Shown here in pieces: positions 15,001 to 28,170 of a stretch of 64,000 bases of DNA; position 1 is the first letter of the stretch, and the number at the start of each line of letters is the position of its first letter. The stretch covers positions 682,001 to 746,000 of the forward strand of contig NW_026515670.1 in assembly GCF_025526975.1 (NCBI RefSeq), read 5' to 3'. This DNA is from Fimicolochytrium jonesii (lineage: Eukaryota). A program made the position numbers and the translations under genes. The notes below the pieces were generated by a model. It worked only from the letters and a program-made list of their open reading frames with translations. It did not search any database and had not been told where the DNA came from.

Positions 15001-18000
15001 ATAAAGGCGCAAGAATGAGGAAAGCGAGAACCGATACATGTTGTTCAGCCTTGCGAGATCAGCCATGGCAAAGAACAGCAGGCTTCCGAAGCTGGATAGC
15101 GGCGCGAACTTGTCTCTTTCCCTATCAAGCGCTTCCTGCAGCCTTCGCGATTCTTGCAAACCATTCGCGATGACGCTGCTTTTCTGTTGCGTCTCGTTCA
15201 AAGAATCTATCAGGGTCTTGTTCTCCAAAATGTTGCCCTGTGAGTTTGCGAGTTCGGACAGTAACGACTCTTCCAAACGAGCCAGCTGAATCTTGAGCTC
15301 TTCCTCATTCTTCAAAAGCTTCATTTTCTCGATCTCGAGTTCGGGTTTCTCGTGCTTCAGCGTCACGCCGAGAAGCTGTCCAGCTAACCCGGCCCTCGTG
15401 ACGGTAAAGTTAATGTCTTGGATGTACCCCTCGGCGTACGTGGGGATGACAAAGTCAGCCCTACGAGTCACAAGGTACAATCGGAAAGCGTCGTTGTAGT
15501 CAATGGTCTTGTCGCCCATCTGCAGGACTGATCTAGGCCCTTGCTTCTGCAAATCCTTTCGCAATAGGGGAAAGAGCAAAGGCTCGATGTCGGTAACCTC
15601 TTGCACGACTAGCGTCTTTCCGAACCGTATCCCCAATTCCAGAGAACGGATGAAGTTGTCATCATGTTGGTTGACAATTTCAGGTTTCCGCTCAGCGAGA
15701 TGCGTCTTCAACCATGCTGCTGCCTGGCCGGATGGATCCACAATCAGCGGAGTAGTGTTGCAGTTGATGATGATGGCCGCATTCTCAACCGAGAGAACAT
15801 CCGCTGGCAAGCCTTCAGACTTCCAGATCAACTGTTCGCTTTCGGTGGTCATCGCTTCTTTGAAGCTGAAGTTTGGAATATCCACGATCTTTTGCCATTC
15901 GGAGATGGTTCGGCTACGTTCGTCTTCCGTGGCGCCTCCTAGGTACGTAACACATGCAGAAGCCAGTAGGGTGTTCATGGCTAGCGTGCGGAGGGATTCA
16001 TTGATTTCCTGCACTTGGATGGCCCATCGCTTTCCTTCGCCTGAAAGCTTCTTGAGCAGACCCTGGGCCGCCTTGATCGTAAACTCAGCCTTTTCCAAAC
16101 CCGCACGGAGAACCTCTGCATCTCGCGTCTTTGACGAGAATCCTGCCTTCAACTCTGCCACACGGCTATCCACGATTGCTAGTTCGCCTCTCAACTTGTC
16201 GACTCGTTCGCGGGAAGTATCCAATGACTTAGTTAGGCGATTCAAATCCGTTTCCAAGGGTTGAATCTTCTCGAGAATCGCCGAGTACTGCAGATTTGCC
16301 TTCACCCAAGCAGCCAGCGGGGCGGCGGCCACTGAGACTCGCTTAATAGTTGCTTCCTCGAATGAATCCCTCTTTTCCTTCAGTAGTTCGCCAACGGAGA
16401 CCCGCACCTGTTTATTGATACTCCGAGCGTCGAAGTTCATGATTTCTTCTTTCACAGTGCGCTTTCCGAGGAACGATTTCATGCTATTCCACGACATGTC
16501 CAATATGCCCATCATTCGCAACACACCCTCCAGAACGTCTCGGATGGCTGGTGGAGGCGCTCTCAGCGAACGAATCTCGGATAGACTATCCGAGCGAATA
16601 TCGCCCACAGCCGCCTTGGATGCTGTGACGAGCGGCTCCACTTCCGCAAGCTCCTGCTCAATGGCAGCTTTTCGTTTCACCATCTTTTCTTCTTCTTCTT
16701 TCAGCTTGATCGTCAGCTGCTCCATCTCCTTCTTTTGTTCGGATGCGTTGACCATACTGTCGGTGATTTGCTTCAGGGCCACATCTGCCTCGCGCTGTTT
16801 CTCAGCCAGTTCTTCCCCACGCTTTTTCGCATCAGCGGAAAGTTTATCGACGTATTTGGCAGCCTCATTGAGCTTTTTCAGACCCCCTGACAGATACTTC
16901 TTCTTATGGTCAAATGATGCTTGTCTCTGACGGAAGATTTGCTCGTAGACCGTCATGTAGTTGCTGAAATGCCGGGGGTTGATCCCTTTCGATTTATACT
17001 CAGAAAAGAGCTGAATGATCATCTTGATCAATTTCTCCTTATCTGCGAGTTTGGCGAGAACATCAGAACGCTCAAAGCCTGCTTTAGCAAACTCGAACAT
17101 GCTCCTGGGGGCCCAGGTCTCCACCCATCCGATTTGAGATCTGGTGTAGAACGCTGGATTCGATTCGCAATGTTGCACAAAATCTGGCGAAGCCGAGTCC
17201 ATGAGGAGGACGACATGAAGATTCCTTCTTATGCGAGTGACAAAGAACTCGAATAAGCTGCCTCTATAGCCCTCCTCGGAATGCTGATTCTTGAGAGAGC
17301 CGAGCACGGCATCGAGTTCATCTTGCGCATACAGCCCAGGAACTTCGCCACCGCTGAGCAAACTATTCAAGCTCTCGAGTATGCTTGCATCCTGCAGGTG
17401 GTGGTCTTCCATCACCAGCACGGTCTCTTCACCGTTGACACCCGTCGCTTGCAGTATCTGCTTCAGGTCATTGGAGAACTCCTTCATGCTATAGCCACGC
17501 CCAACGCTTGGTGACCAGAACTTATGTTTCAGCATGTGATTGACAATCAACACGGCCTGCAGGCGACCAACCCCAGGGCGGCCCGCGAGTAAGAGGGAAC
17601 CTCCAGGCTGACCCAGTGCCCACTCCGTTAGAGCAATCTGCTCGACGGTTTCCGGAATCAGCGACAGATTCAAATCTCTATTGTCCCGTTCGAAGATCTT
17701 GAGTGCATCCAAGATGTTTTTTATGAAGTCCTGTTTGCTCACTTCTGTCAGACCCCTTCTCCCATGGAGATTGATTCTAGAGGCCGTGCTAAGGGCCGCG
17801 GTGTAGATTTTGCTTTCAATATCTACTTCGTGGTTCCACTCATTGCGGATGATGCCATTGAGCGAGTCAGCGAATCTGGTCTTCGTGCTCGATCCCACAA
17901 GACGATCTTGGAAGAGTCGGCGAGCCTCATAAGCGATGATGTTGAGCAGTTCGTCCTGTTCCGAATGCACTAGCTCATAACGTCGAATCCCCATGGTCCA

Positions 18001-21000
18001 GCGGGTCAGATCCCGAGGAGTGAAAAGATAGTGAGGCTTGACATCAGGTGTGTAGTGTTGGCGCAAAAAGTCATACACGGATAGCATCGTGGCCGCCAAC
18101 TTTTGCACGTTTCTGGGCAATGTCCAAACTTTATGACCGGGGAACGCGTTGGCGAGCACAGGCTGAAGCAACAGCCGATAAACCGATTGAAGTTGATCGC
18201 GGTCGGTATACGTGATGAAACTCTGTCTTATGACGGAGGTGAATCGAGTTGACAGATCGTGCCTTCCCATTGTGGCGGAAGGGTTCATCGAGGCAACGAT
18301 CTGGATATGCTCAATTCCTATCCACTCCAGATTGCTGTCGTAAAACCCTTGGTACGTCAGAAGTTGCTGAAGAAACTGGATCAGCTCCACTGTCGCATAC
18401 TTGTCGGGTTTAGGCAGATTGATATCTTTGAGATAGATGATCAGTCGATCCGCATCGCGCGGCCGCAAGACCCTACCGGCACTCGTCTGAGCCGCGGTGC
18501 ATGTTTGCTTCAGCCGCTGTAGCACATGACTAGACTTGGTTTGCGCACTGCAGTGGATCATGGCGATGGCCGTTGATTTCAAGGACGAGAAGCAATGCCG
18601 GAGTAACATATGCTTTCCAGCACCTTCCGGGCCGACCAAAAGCACAGGTTGGTTATCCACGATCCATGGCATCACAGTATCGAAAGCTTTGCGAATGTCT
18701 GGAGTCAGAACGAGCGGGATGTTTTCCAAATCTTCGATGTCAACCTTGATGTCCGTTTGCTCCTGCAGAGAATACTGATCCAGGCTCCCGTTATCATTAA
18801 CGAAGTAGTCCAGAGTGCGTTTTGGATCTTGTGACTCTTCGTTGGCCCACCGGAGAAGCTCGTTAGCAAATTTCAAACGATCTTCGATCTGAACGTTTGC
18901 CCCTAGCCCTCGAATCAGGCTATAAAGGAATTGTATGTGTGTGCGAGTGCTCCCAAGCTGCGAAAGTCCGTTCATAACTAGTCCGACTTTGCTTGTGTCG
19001 GTGACCAGCTTGGCATTGGAAAGAACCCAATCGATACTCCGATAGAAGTACGCATCGACCCACTGAGACAGCTGTGCGCGGGCATCCTCATGCTGCTTCA
19101 GAATCCATCCCTGAACCAGGGCCCTGATATCCAGTGTTTCATCGGAAAGATAGATCATACCCATTCGACTGACGGTGGCCGGGGACGCAAATGTGAGATT
19201 GTGGGTTTCAAAAATGAAATTCACGTTCGGTCCAAACTGGATCCGCTCGCCGCTCGGCATCGTCAACAATCGATTGTCGTCCAACACGGAGTTCAATGAT
19301 TCGACCCATTCGGGATCAATGTCTCCGTCCGATATGACCCAAGTGTGCACATTCGTAGGCTCCTTCACCGCTTGGCGAGAGGCGGACGTCAGGACACCAT
19401 CAAACCATTCACGTGTATCCATGTCCATGTGGCCAAGAAGCCGGTTCCGCTCAATAGCTTTGGGATTGAACACGTGGTAGCGGAGTGATTGGCCGACCTT
19501 CTGCCATGCCAACCGTAAAACCCGCCACAAGGTACTTTTGCCCGATCCCGAAGGGCCTACCAAGACAACTCCCATCCTTTGCTTGCATGCTTGATAGAAT
19601 TGATAGATTTTCTCCGCTTGTGACTCTATGTAGATCAAGTTCAACTCGGCATAAGCCGCCTTCACAGCAACAGCCAGATCGCGGTAGTCTACTTCTTCTA
19701 TGTTGACGTCCGGAAAGATGTCACTCATTACGCCTTCAAAGCGCAGGCTGTCCGCGAACGTCAATTTGGAGAGAGTATTGACCCTGAGTGCCTTGACGAC
19801 GACACAACGCTCGCGCTCGGGGTCGATTGTTCCCGAACGTTTCTCTGCGTGCAACAGACGGCCAGCGAGGCCCAACACGGCTTTGAGGGGACGCAAACCC
19901 CAATCATAGTGCTGCTGCTGCGACAATAGTTGTTTGCACAAAACAAACACCGACACGACCTTGGCTCCCAGATCTTTGCCCCGTTGAAACCCTTCCGAGA
20001 ACAGAATCACCTCCGAAATCAACTCGTTGTCGGGGTGTGTCATGGCAATAGAGCGGAACAACTGCTTCAGGTTGTCGGGTAGCTTCTGACGACCCCCGTA
20101 ACCCTTTCCTGCAGGGTTGAGTGTCACAAAGATTCCGGAATTCTGATCCAGGTTCACGACTCGGCCGAGGAGATCAACCGATGCTGCTTTAGACTTTAGA
20201 GCCGCCTGTATAGTCTGGATCTGCTGCGAGACCGCCGATAAAACCGCTTCCTCAAGGCGGTTGAATTCATCGAAACATCCCCAAGCGCCGCATTTCACCA
20301 GCCCGACGAAGATTCTTCCCATGCTTTTATAGTCTATGCCTTCATCGCAGTTGAATACAAGAACTTGCCGTCCGAAAAGAACACCTAAGGCCTTGACCGA
20401 CTCTGTCTTCCCTGTACCAGCAGGCCCAAATGGATTTCCGCCGAAGCCGCTGGCCATGCCTTGCGTTAGCGTCAGATAACACTTATCAGTAAGGGGCGTA
20501 TGTACAAGCTTCGGAGGAATACCCTGGTACTCGTATGTGTAGAGGAACTCCGCATCGTTCATCTTCATCACACATTCATCATCTGGATTGAAATAAAAGC
20601 GCAGTTGGCGTTGCCAGGTCCAGTCTGAGACGGTCTTGAGTCCTGCTTCCTGCAGTTGCGCAACGATATCGCTGAAATGGATGACATCCAGAATCAACGA
20701 CTTTATCTTCAGCTCTGCCACGTTGCGGTCTGCGACGTTCTCTACCGATGCAGGATCAAATGTTGTATACTCATTCAAATGTTGACGGAGATCGTGTGCC
20801 AGCTGTGTAAAGCTCCCGCCGTTCGCGATCGCCGTCTCAACGTTCGCCGTGAAATGCAAGTGTTCCGTCAACGACAAGATCTGCAATGGATACTTGAACA
20901 GGTCGGTGATCGACACGCATTGCTTCAATAGATGCTTCAGTGTGACTTTCATCTCTTTCGCAAAGTCCTCTAACCAAATTTCGACGTCATCGGTAATTTT

Positions 21001-24000
21001 GACCGGTGTACGCAGCATCACTGTTTCTCCATCGATGCTTTTCATGGCGACAATGTTCCGGATGTCCTCGTCAAATTGTACTGAATGGACGCCAGCAAAC
21101 AACTTTTTCAGGTGTGCCTGGATCACAATAGGGTTCTTCGCTTGCCCTAAGATCTCCAACAAATCCTCGTCCCCGATAAAGTAAAAGCGAGGAAACTTCT
21201 CCCGCTTCTGCTCAAGGAACTCATTGAGAGCTTTCTGGCACCTGTCCAGTTGGTCGACCAGCGTGCTGAGGACGTCGTTTCCGCTCATGTGAGACAACAA
21301 GGACACGACCCTAGAGTCACGAGCCACATTGACCATAATTGCTCGAAACTCTGCGTCAATCCTCTCGAATCGTTGCTGTTCATTCGGAAGAGATCCTCGA
21401 TTGAAGATTGGCTCAAGATAGACCCAACGGCGTTGCACGGAGTTCAAATTTGAGAGATTGGCCTCCAGCTGAAAGAGCTTCTTCTCCCACAGAATAGCCC
21501 GGTCAGCGAAAGCCTTGTAATATGGTGAATCTTTTAGCGAGGATAGTAGAGACTGATTGTCACCGACTTGCGTTAGCAAGTCCTTCCAGTCCTTGATCAA
21601 CTGCACATTGTTTCCTTTCACATCCTGATAGTCCGTAAGTGAGAAACTCGCGCTTGCACCCCACATATCCAGCTCCTGAATTGCTTCGCGAATGGAGATC
21701 TCCCCTTGTGCCCGGCTATTCAGTTCTTTGATCTCGTTAATCTTCTCAAGCACCATGCCTTGAGCCGCGAGAATGTGCCCAAAAGTCAATTCTGATAACG
21801 TCGTTCCCCTGGGCAGGGCAAGCATGCGGAATAGTTCTGCCCAGTGCTCAGTGGTCCACGAATCACCGCGCAAGAATTTGAGAACCGGGATGGTCTCGCG
21901 ATGCTTATCGACATCCCGTAAGATTTGAGCTGAGACGGGGTTCCCTGGCTTTCCTTTGAAGAATTCGATCCATTTCACCAAGGTATCCTCGAAAGTGTGG
22001 ATCTTATTCCGGAAGCCTATCCAATCCTCTTTCCGCAATACATCCATCTCGCCAACGTAGTTGGTGTACGTCTGCCACATCTGCTCTGTGGCATGAATGT
22101 CAGTCACAAGGACTTCGAGTTCTGGGAATTCGGGCGCCTCAACCCCAAAGTGAGCAGAATCGCTTTTGATTTTCTCAGCGGTCTTTTGCATTTCCGCAAG
22201 TTCCGTGCTCCTATCTTTCACGAATGCCAAATTTTGAGGCGCCGTGTCGAAGGCGGACGCATCGGTAAAGCTTGGCTTCAGCTGCTGCCATCTTTGCGTG
22301 AATTTGGTCACATCTGTGACGAACGCTTGGCATCTTCCATCTATTTGCGTGCGCAGAAGGTCGACTTGCTCTTTGATCATGATGTCATGAGACTCGAGCA
22401 TGATCTCCAACTTGTTCCAGCGAGCTTGTATTCCCGAGACATCGATTCCGGAACCTGACACGGCCTTGAGAAGTCGGTTTTTAGCGTCTGCCGACTCAAA
22501 ATTGCTCCGGATCTCTGCCTGAGAGGCTGCCAATTCTTCATGGCGAGTGTTAGCTTGCCCTATTTCCGCCAGTGTCTGTGGCCTTTGACTCAGCGTCTCG
22601 GAACCTTTCGTGGTGAATTCGTCGATGACTGCCATATGCCGAAGAACAGCCTTCCTCAGCCCGCTAACCATAGCGTCAAACATCCGTTGGAGATGGTCAT
22701 CAATAGCGGACTTGATCGGCAAAGTCGAGATGGTGATACAGTCAACCTTCACCTCTGTCGGCAAGACCTCCGACTCTTTTCCTTTCAGCTTGATCACGCG
22801 AAAGTTCTCCTCGTAATCGGGAACATCCAGCAGAACATCTTCGACAAACTGATCGAGATCGACGGTTCCCAGAATGACCCAATCCTTGAAGATGTCCTCT
22901 ACCTTGGCGAGATTTTCGAACAACTTGTCCGCCCTCTGATAGACGGATACCAGGGCGGACGCATTGGAATCAATCATGTGTTTGAAGATCTGATTGTCAC
23001 TGAGGCCTTTGAATGTGGCAGGGACATTGATAAACTTCTTCATCTCCCTGTAATACTTCGCTCGTACGTCTTCAAATGGCGGACGGAACTGCATGCGTGC
23101 TTGTTTGTACTGCAAGTCGATTTTGATTTCGGGGAGGTAGACGTGCAAGTTCTCCAAACCAACTTTGTATTGATACTCCAAGGCCTTGTATAGTTGATAG
23201 TCCCAATGGTTCCGCCATGTCAAAGTGTCCTGCATGCGAATCCCATGCTCCTGAACAGATGCGATCATAGTTCGGATGTTGCTTAAAGCGTCTTTCCACT
23301 TCGATTGTCCTCTGACCAGGTCGACTCCCATCAGCCCTATGACTTGGTCGCACACAGCCGAATGAAGTTTCCGTAATCTACGATTCATCAAAGTCAATTT
23401 GTCGGCCGCCAGCTGGATCTGAGTGATGTAGCCTTCGAGCTGGCTTGGTGGATTCCACGAGCCTTTTCGTTCGCTGATGACAGCACCAGCATCCCCGGTC
23501 GGGCTCTTGATTAACCTTTCGAAAGCAAGAGCCGAATCCAGCAACATGGCTTGTTGTGAAGGCAGCATCTGCTGTTCGATCGTGTTGTAAAACTGTGCCA
23601 CTTGTTTGAGAACGACGCCATGTCTGTAATACTTCTGGGCGTTCTCCGCAATCTGCTGAACCTGCGTGGGTACGGCGAATCCCATCGACAGTAGCTGTCG
23701 AACCTCTTTTATCAGTGTCAACGTCTGATCACTGTAGTGCACTCGCAGCTTCCCGTTAGATTCTTCGATCTCCATCATCTTGCCCCCTCGATCTGGCGCA
23801 AGAAACCCCTCTCGATCTGACATGGCAACCTCGACGTCGGCCAACCAGTCCGCGAACAGCTCCTGTTCGTATTTGCGCAAGCTATCATGCAAAGACTGTG
23901 ACGCATCTCTATAGGCTGATCGCCCGTCAATGCCTTCTTCCATGAAGGCCGTATGCTCCTCGATCTTGATGATCGCTTGCCTAGTCCACGTTAGCCGCCT

Positions 24001-25482
24001 TAGAAAGTTGGGAACATTTCTGCCTTTCGGCTCCTTCGCATTTATCTGCCTTTCTTTGAACGATGCCTCAACACCTTGCAATTGGTTGATCAATTGGCGA
24101 ACTAACGATTCTTTCTCGGAAGCAAGCTCTCTCGAGATCGTATCCCTCTTGAGAAGATCGGCGTATCTCTGAAATTCGCGTAGCAACTGCCCTGGACTCC
24201 CCTGCAGACCAGCAAACAGTGCACGTAAGGCCGTCGCTGCTCGATGCTCGACCGGACTTAAAGCTTTCGTGAACACTAGAACGGCATTCTGCCAAGCTGA
24301 TTGGGCGTATGTGTTGACATTCAGCGGATGTGCTTTCTCTAGGGTGGCCAATGCCTCCCTCAGCCCCTTCTGCTCGTCGTCCGTTAGCAGCTGTGACAGC
24401 AGTTCGTGCGTCCCGCGGATATCTTGGATCTCTCGTAATCTCGTACTAAATAATGAGAGTTGATCGCTTTCATACGCCGGACCGTTCCACTTATTCGAGG
24501 TGTTGTGCGGCCAAAGCCGTCCCGTCAAATTGAAATGCGCCGATTTCCACGCCCCGAGAATCACCAACGACTCTTTAAGGTCATCCTTCACCTTTGTGTC
24601 GAGGTTGGTCAACACCCTCGCTTGTGCCAAATCCCCACGAATCTTGGATATAATTTGCTCCGTGGTGACCTCGAGCAGGTGCACCATACGATCTTCCCTA
24701 TATGACGCATGATCCATCTGCCGCCATAGCTCATCCAGCACGTCCTGCGCCTGTTCCACGAGCTCCCCCGTATCCGAGAGCGCCGTGGAGCTCATCTTAT
24801 CGAACTCGACCTTGAGCGGCTGCAATAATTGTTTGAATGATTCGGCGCGAGACCTTTGGGCCTTTCCCAATGTCGAATCCGCCGCTAGGTCGACCCAATA
24901 TAGAAACTCATCATCCAGGGTGTGTATGTGCTTGAAATCCGACTCATCAGCCCCGTGTACACTGTTGGTCGCTCCTTTTCTAACTGCACTCGCGAGCCCA
25001 TAATCGAGCTCACTGATCAGGTTTTGTAATCTGGCGTCGATGGACCATCGGGAATTGAGAAAGATGGGCGCAAAGATGGCGTGGATAGACCGGTACAAGG
25101 CGTTTGTGGGTGAATCAGAGAGACCGGTAACTTGTAATATGTCGGATATGTTCTCCGGGGTCAGTGCGACAGGCTGCGTCCTGCCTAATGCCACGCATCG
25201 AGCGGCTGCGCTTGGTATCGAGTCCAGATCGGAGAGCAACCGAGCATTCCTATTCTGCATTTTGATGCATCAGTACAAAGAAGTCCTCTAGCCAGAGGAA
25301 GACCTCCAAATAACCTCATCAAGAAAGACCTTTTCATCGAACGCAATCAACAGTAACTGCTGTGTTCCGTCGTTCAGGAACCGATCAAACTCGGAGCCGT
25401 CCAAGACTGAATCGAGTACATCAGCATTCGGAACTGCGAGAGCCGAGCCCACGAGCTGCTTGACCCACGCTCTGGTCTCCAT
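12036..25482 (-). CDS. DYNC2H1: Cytoplasmic dynein-2 (retrograde IFT) heavy chain, 12 exons
   Basis: P-loops GPAGTGKT, GPSGSGKS, GPEGAGK and GRPGVGR. The motifs LQFRPPFEDVRAKYYREMKKFI-like, DEGIDYKSMGRIFVGLVKCG and NHWDYQLYKALEYQY point to dynein-2. Exon 1 25482-25330, giant exon 25254-14707, then 10 short introns to the stop at 12036. Confidence 0.93.
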
Positions 25483-25974
25483 AGTCTGTCGTTCGCGCTA
25501 CGACTCTGGCTGGTTAAAGCTATCAATACGCGCCGAGGCTTCAGAGCAAGCCGAGCTCTCTGAGAAAATGCCGCGTCACTCACGCGTCCGCGCAGGCTTC
25601 AAACATAAACCCCCGGCAGTCATCGTTCTTGCGCAGTATCTCCCGGACGCGACTTGTGTTCCGCCTCTTTTTGAGACTTTTTGAGAGGCCCCGTGCATTA
25701 CATATATATACACGCTTGTGATGGGGAACTCTTTTCAGCACTACTAAGCAAATACCAGTCGTGCACATGTCCCATGAACACCAGCAATTGAAGACCGACG
25801 ACGCAACTCAAGCAACTCAAAAGGAGATAACTCCACACACACATATGGACGAATAGGGGTAATGTTTTTGAACGTAACATTTCAAAATGCTTCAAATTTT
25901 ATATATACAATAAGAGAGATGCCGTCTATAATATAATGCTGAACCGGGTCACTAAATGTCATTTAGCAGGGGCT

Positions 25975-27013
25975 TTAGTCCACCTCCTCGACGGTCGGGC
26001 CAGCGTCGCCGCCGGCACCGGGGAAGCCACCAGGAGCAGCTCCACCAGGGAAACCACCGGCGCCAGGTGCACCACCAGCTCCGTACATCTTCATCATGAT
26101 GGGGTTGGCGACACCCTCAAGCTCCTTCTGTCGGCTCTCGTACTCCTCCTTGGAACCCTCGTGGTTGTGGTCGAGCCACTTGATGGCCTCGTCGATGGCA
26201 GCCTCGAGCTTGGTCCTGTCGGAAGCCTCAAGCTTGGAAGCGACCTTCTCGTCTTGCAGGGTGTTGCGGAGGTTGTAGGAGTAGGACTCGAGGGAGTTCT
26301 TGGCTTGAATACGCTCGGCAGCAGCCTCGTCCTCAGCCTTGTACTTCTCGGCTTCAGAAACCATACGCTCGATGTCCTCCTTGGAAAGACGACCCTTGTC
26401 GTTGGTAATGGTGATCTTGTTCGACCGTCCGGTGGTCTTGTCGACGGCGGTGACGTTCAGAATACCGTTGGCATCGACATCGAAGGTGACCTCGATTTGA
26501 GGAACACCACGGGGCGCGGGGGGGATACCGGTGAGCTCGAACTTTCCGAGGAGGTTGTTGTCCTTGGTGCGGGCACGCTCACCCTCGAAGACCTGGATCA
26601 ACACACCGGGCTGGTTGTCGGCGTAGGTGGAGAAGGTCTCGGACTTCTTGGTGGGGACGGTGGTGTTACGCTTGATCAAAGCAGTCATGACACCTCCGGC
26701 GGTCTCGATACCGAGGGAGAGAGGGGCAACGTCGAGAAGGAGGAGGTCCTGGGTCTTCTCGGACGTGTCACCAGTGAGGATAGCAGCTTGGACGGCCGCA
26801 CCGTAAGCGACGGCCTCATCGGGGTTGATGGACTTGTTGGGCTCCTTGCCGTTGAAGAAGTCGGTGATCAACTTCTGGACCTTGGGGATACGGGTGGAAC
26901 CACCGACAAGGACAACTTCGTCGACGGAGTTCTTGTCGATCTTGGAGTCACGGAGGACCTTCTCGACGGGCTCAATGGTGGAGCGGAAGAGGTCCTGGCA
27001 AAGCTCCTCGAAA

Positions 27014-27048
<35 letters not shown>

Positions 27049-27349
27049 CTCGAAGAGAGAGTCGATCTCGATGGAGGTCTGGGCGGCCGAAGACAAGGTA
27101 CGCTTTGCGCGCTCGCAAGCGGTCCTCAAACGACGGAGAGCACGGGGGTTGGAGGTGAGGTCCTTCTTGAACTTGCGCTTGAACTCCTCGGAGAAGTGGG
27201 AAACGAGACGGTTATCGAAGTCCTCACCACCCAAGTGCGTGTCACCAGCTGTGGCCTTGACCTCGAAGATACCGTCCTCGATCGTCAGAAGGGAGACATC
27301 GAATGTACCACCTCCCAAGTCGAAGATGAGCACGTTCTTCTCGCCAGCG

Positions 27350-27384
<35 letters not shown>

Positions 27385-28070
27385 GGTGGGCTCGTTGATG
27401 ATACGGAGGACGTTCAATCCAGAGATAACACCGGCATCCTTGGTCGCCTGACGCTGGGAGTCGTTGAAGTAAGCGGGAACGGTAACGACGGCGTCCTTGA
27501 CGGTGGCACCGAGGTAAGCCTCAGCGGTCTCCTTCATCTTCAAGAGGACCATGGAGGAGATCTCCTCAGGGGTGAAGGTCTTGGTCTCGCCCTTGAACTC
27601 GATCTGGATGTAGGGCTTGGTACCCTTGTCGACGACCTTGAATGGCCAGTGCTTCATGTCGGACTGGACCTCGGGGTCAGCGAAACGACGACCGATCAAA
27701 CGCTTGGCGTCGAAAACGGTGTTGATGGGGTTCATAGCGACCTGGTTCTTGGCGGCATCACCGATAAGACGCTCGGTGTCGGTGAAACCGACGTAAGAGG
27801 GGGTAGTTCTGTTTCCCTGGTCATTGGCAATGATCTCAACACTAAAAACAGGAGAACGAGGAAACTCGTTTAGACTGATGCTCTGAACAAAGACGACGTC
27901 TTCCTCGCGCAAGATCCACCGCAACCTCCTCCCCAAAGTCGTGCGCAATGCCAAAGATGAGCGGCACAGCAAGCTCGAATGATCTCCTCCTCAACTTACC
28001 GATCGTTTTGCCAGATGCCAACGCAAGAGTAGGTGGTACCCAAGTCGATACCGACAGCTTTGGAAGTCAT
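25975..28070 (-). CDS. HSP70: Cytosolic Hsp70 (SSA/Hsc70 type), 2 exons (intron 27842-27999)
   Basis: Exon 1 [24 protein letters not shown]; exon 2 [38 protein letters not shown]-terminal GPTVEEVD. Strong codon bias. Confidence 0.98.
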
Positions 28071-28162
28071 GGTTGATAGTTTTTCTTCTGATCTGCGGGA
28101 AGAGCAAGAAGAGATCACCAGGAATGAGGGGAAAAGTGGGAACGAAGGCTGGCCTGTGGGTG

Positions 28163-28170
28163 CTTTATAC
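28163..28170 (-). promoter_or_regulatory. Putative TATA box of HSP70
   Basis: GTATAAAG on the minus strand, about 95 nt upstream of the ATG and followed by a pyrimidine-rich leader. Confidence 0.5.

Noticed and set aside
14970..25291. Many plus-strand ORFs (up to 253 aa) inside the dynein gene
   Set aside because: Antisense shadows of the 10.5-kb exon; no recognisable motifs.
27842..27999. HSP70 intron as a possible snoRNA host (as in vertebrate hsc70)
   Set aside because: No C box (TGATGA) / D box pair on the transcribed strand.
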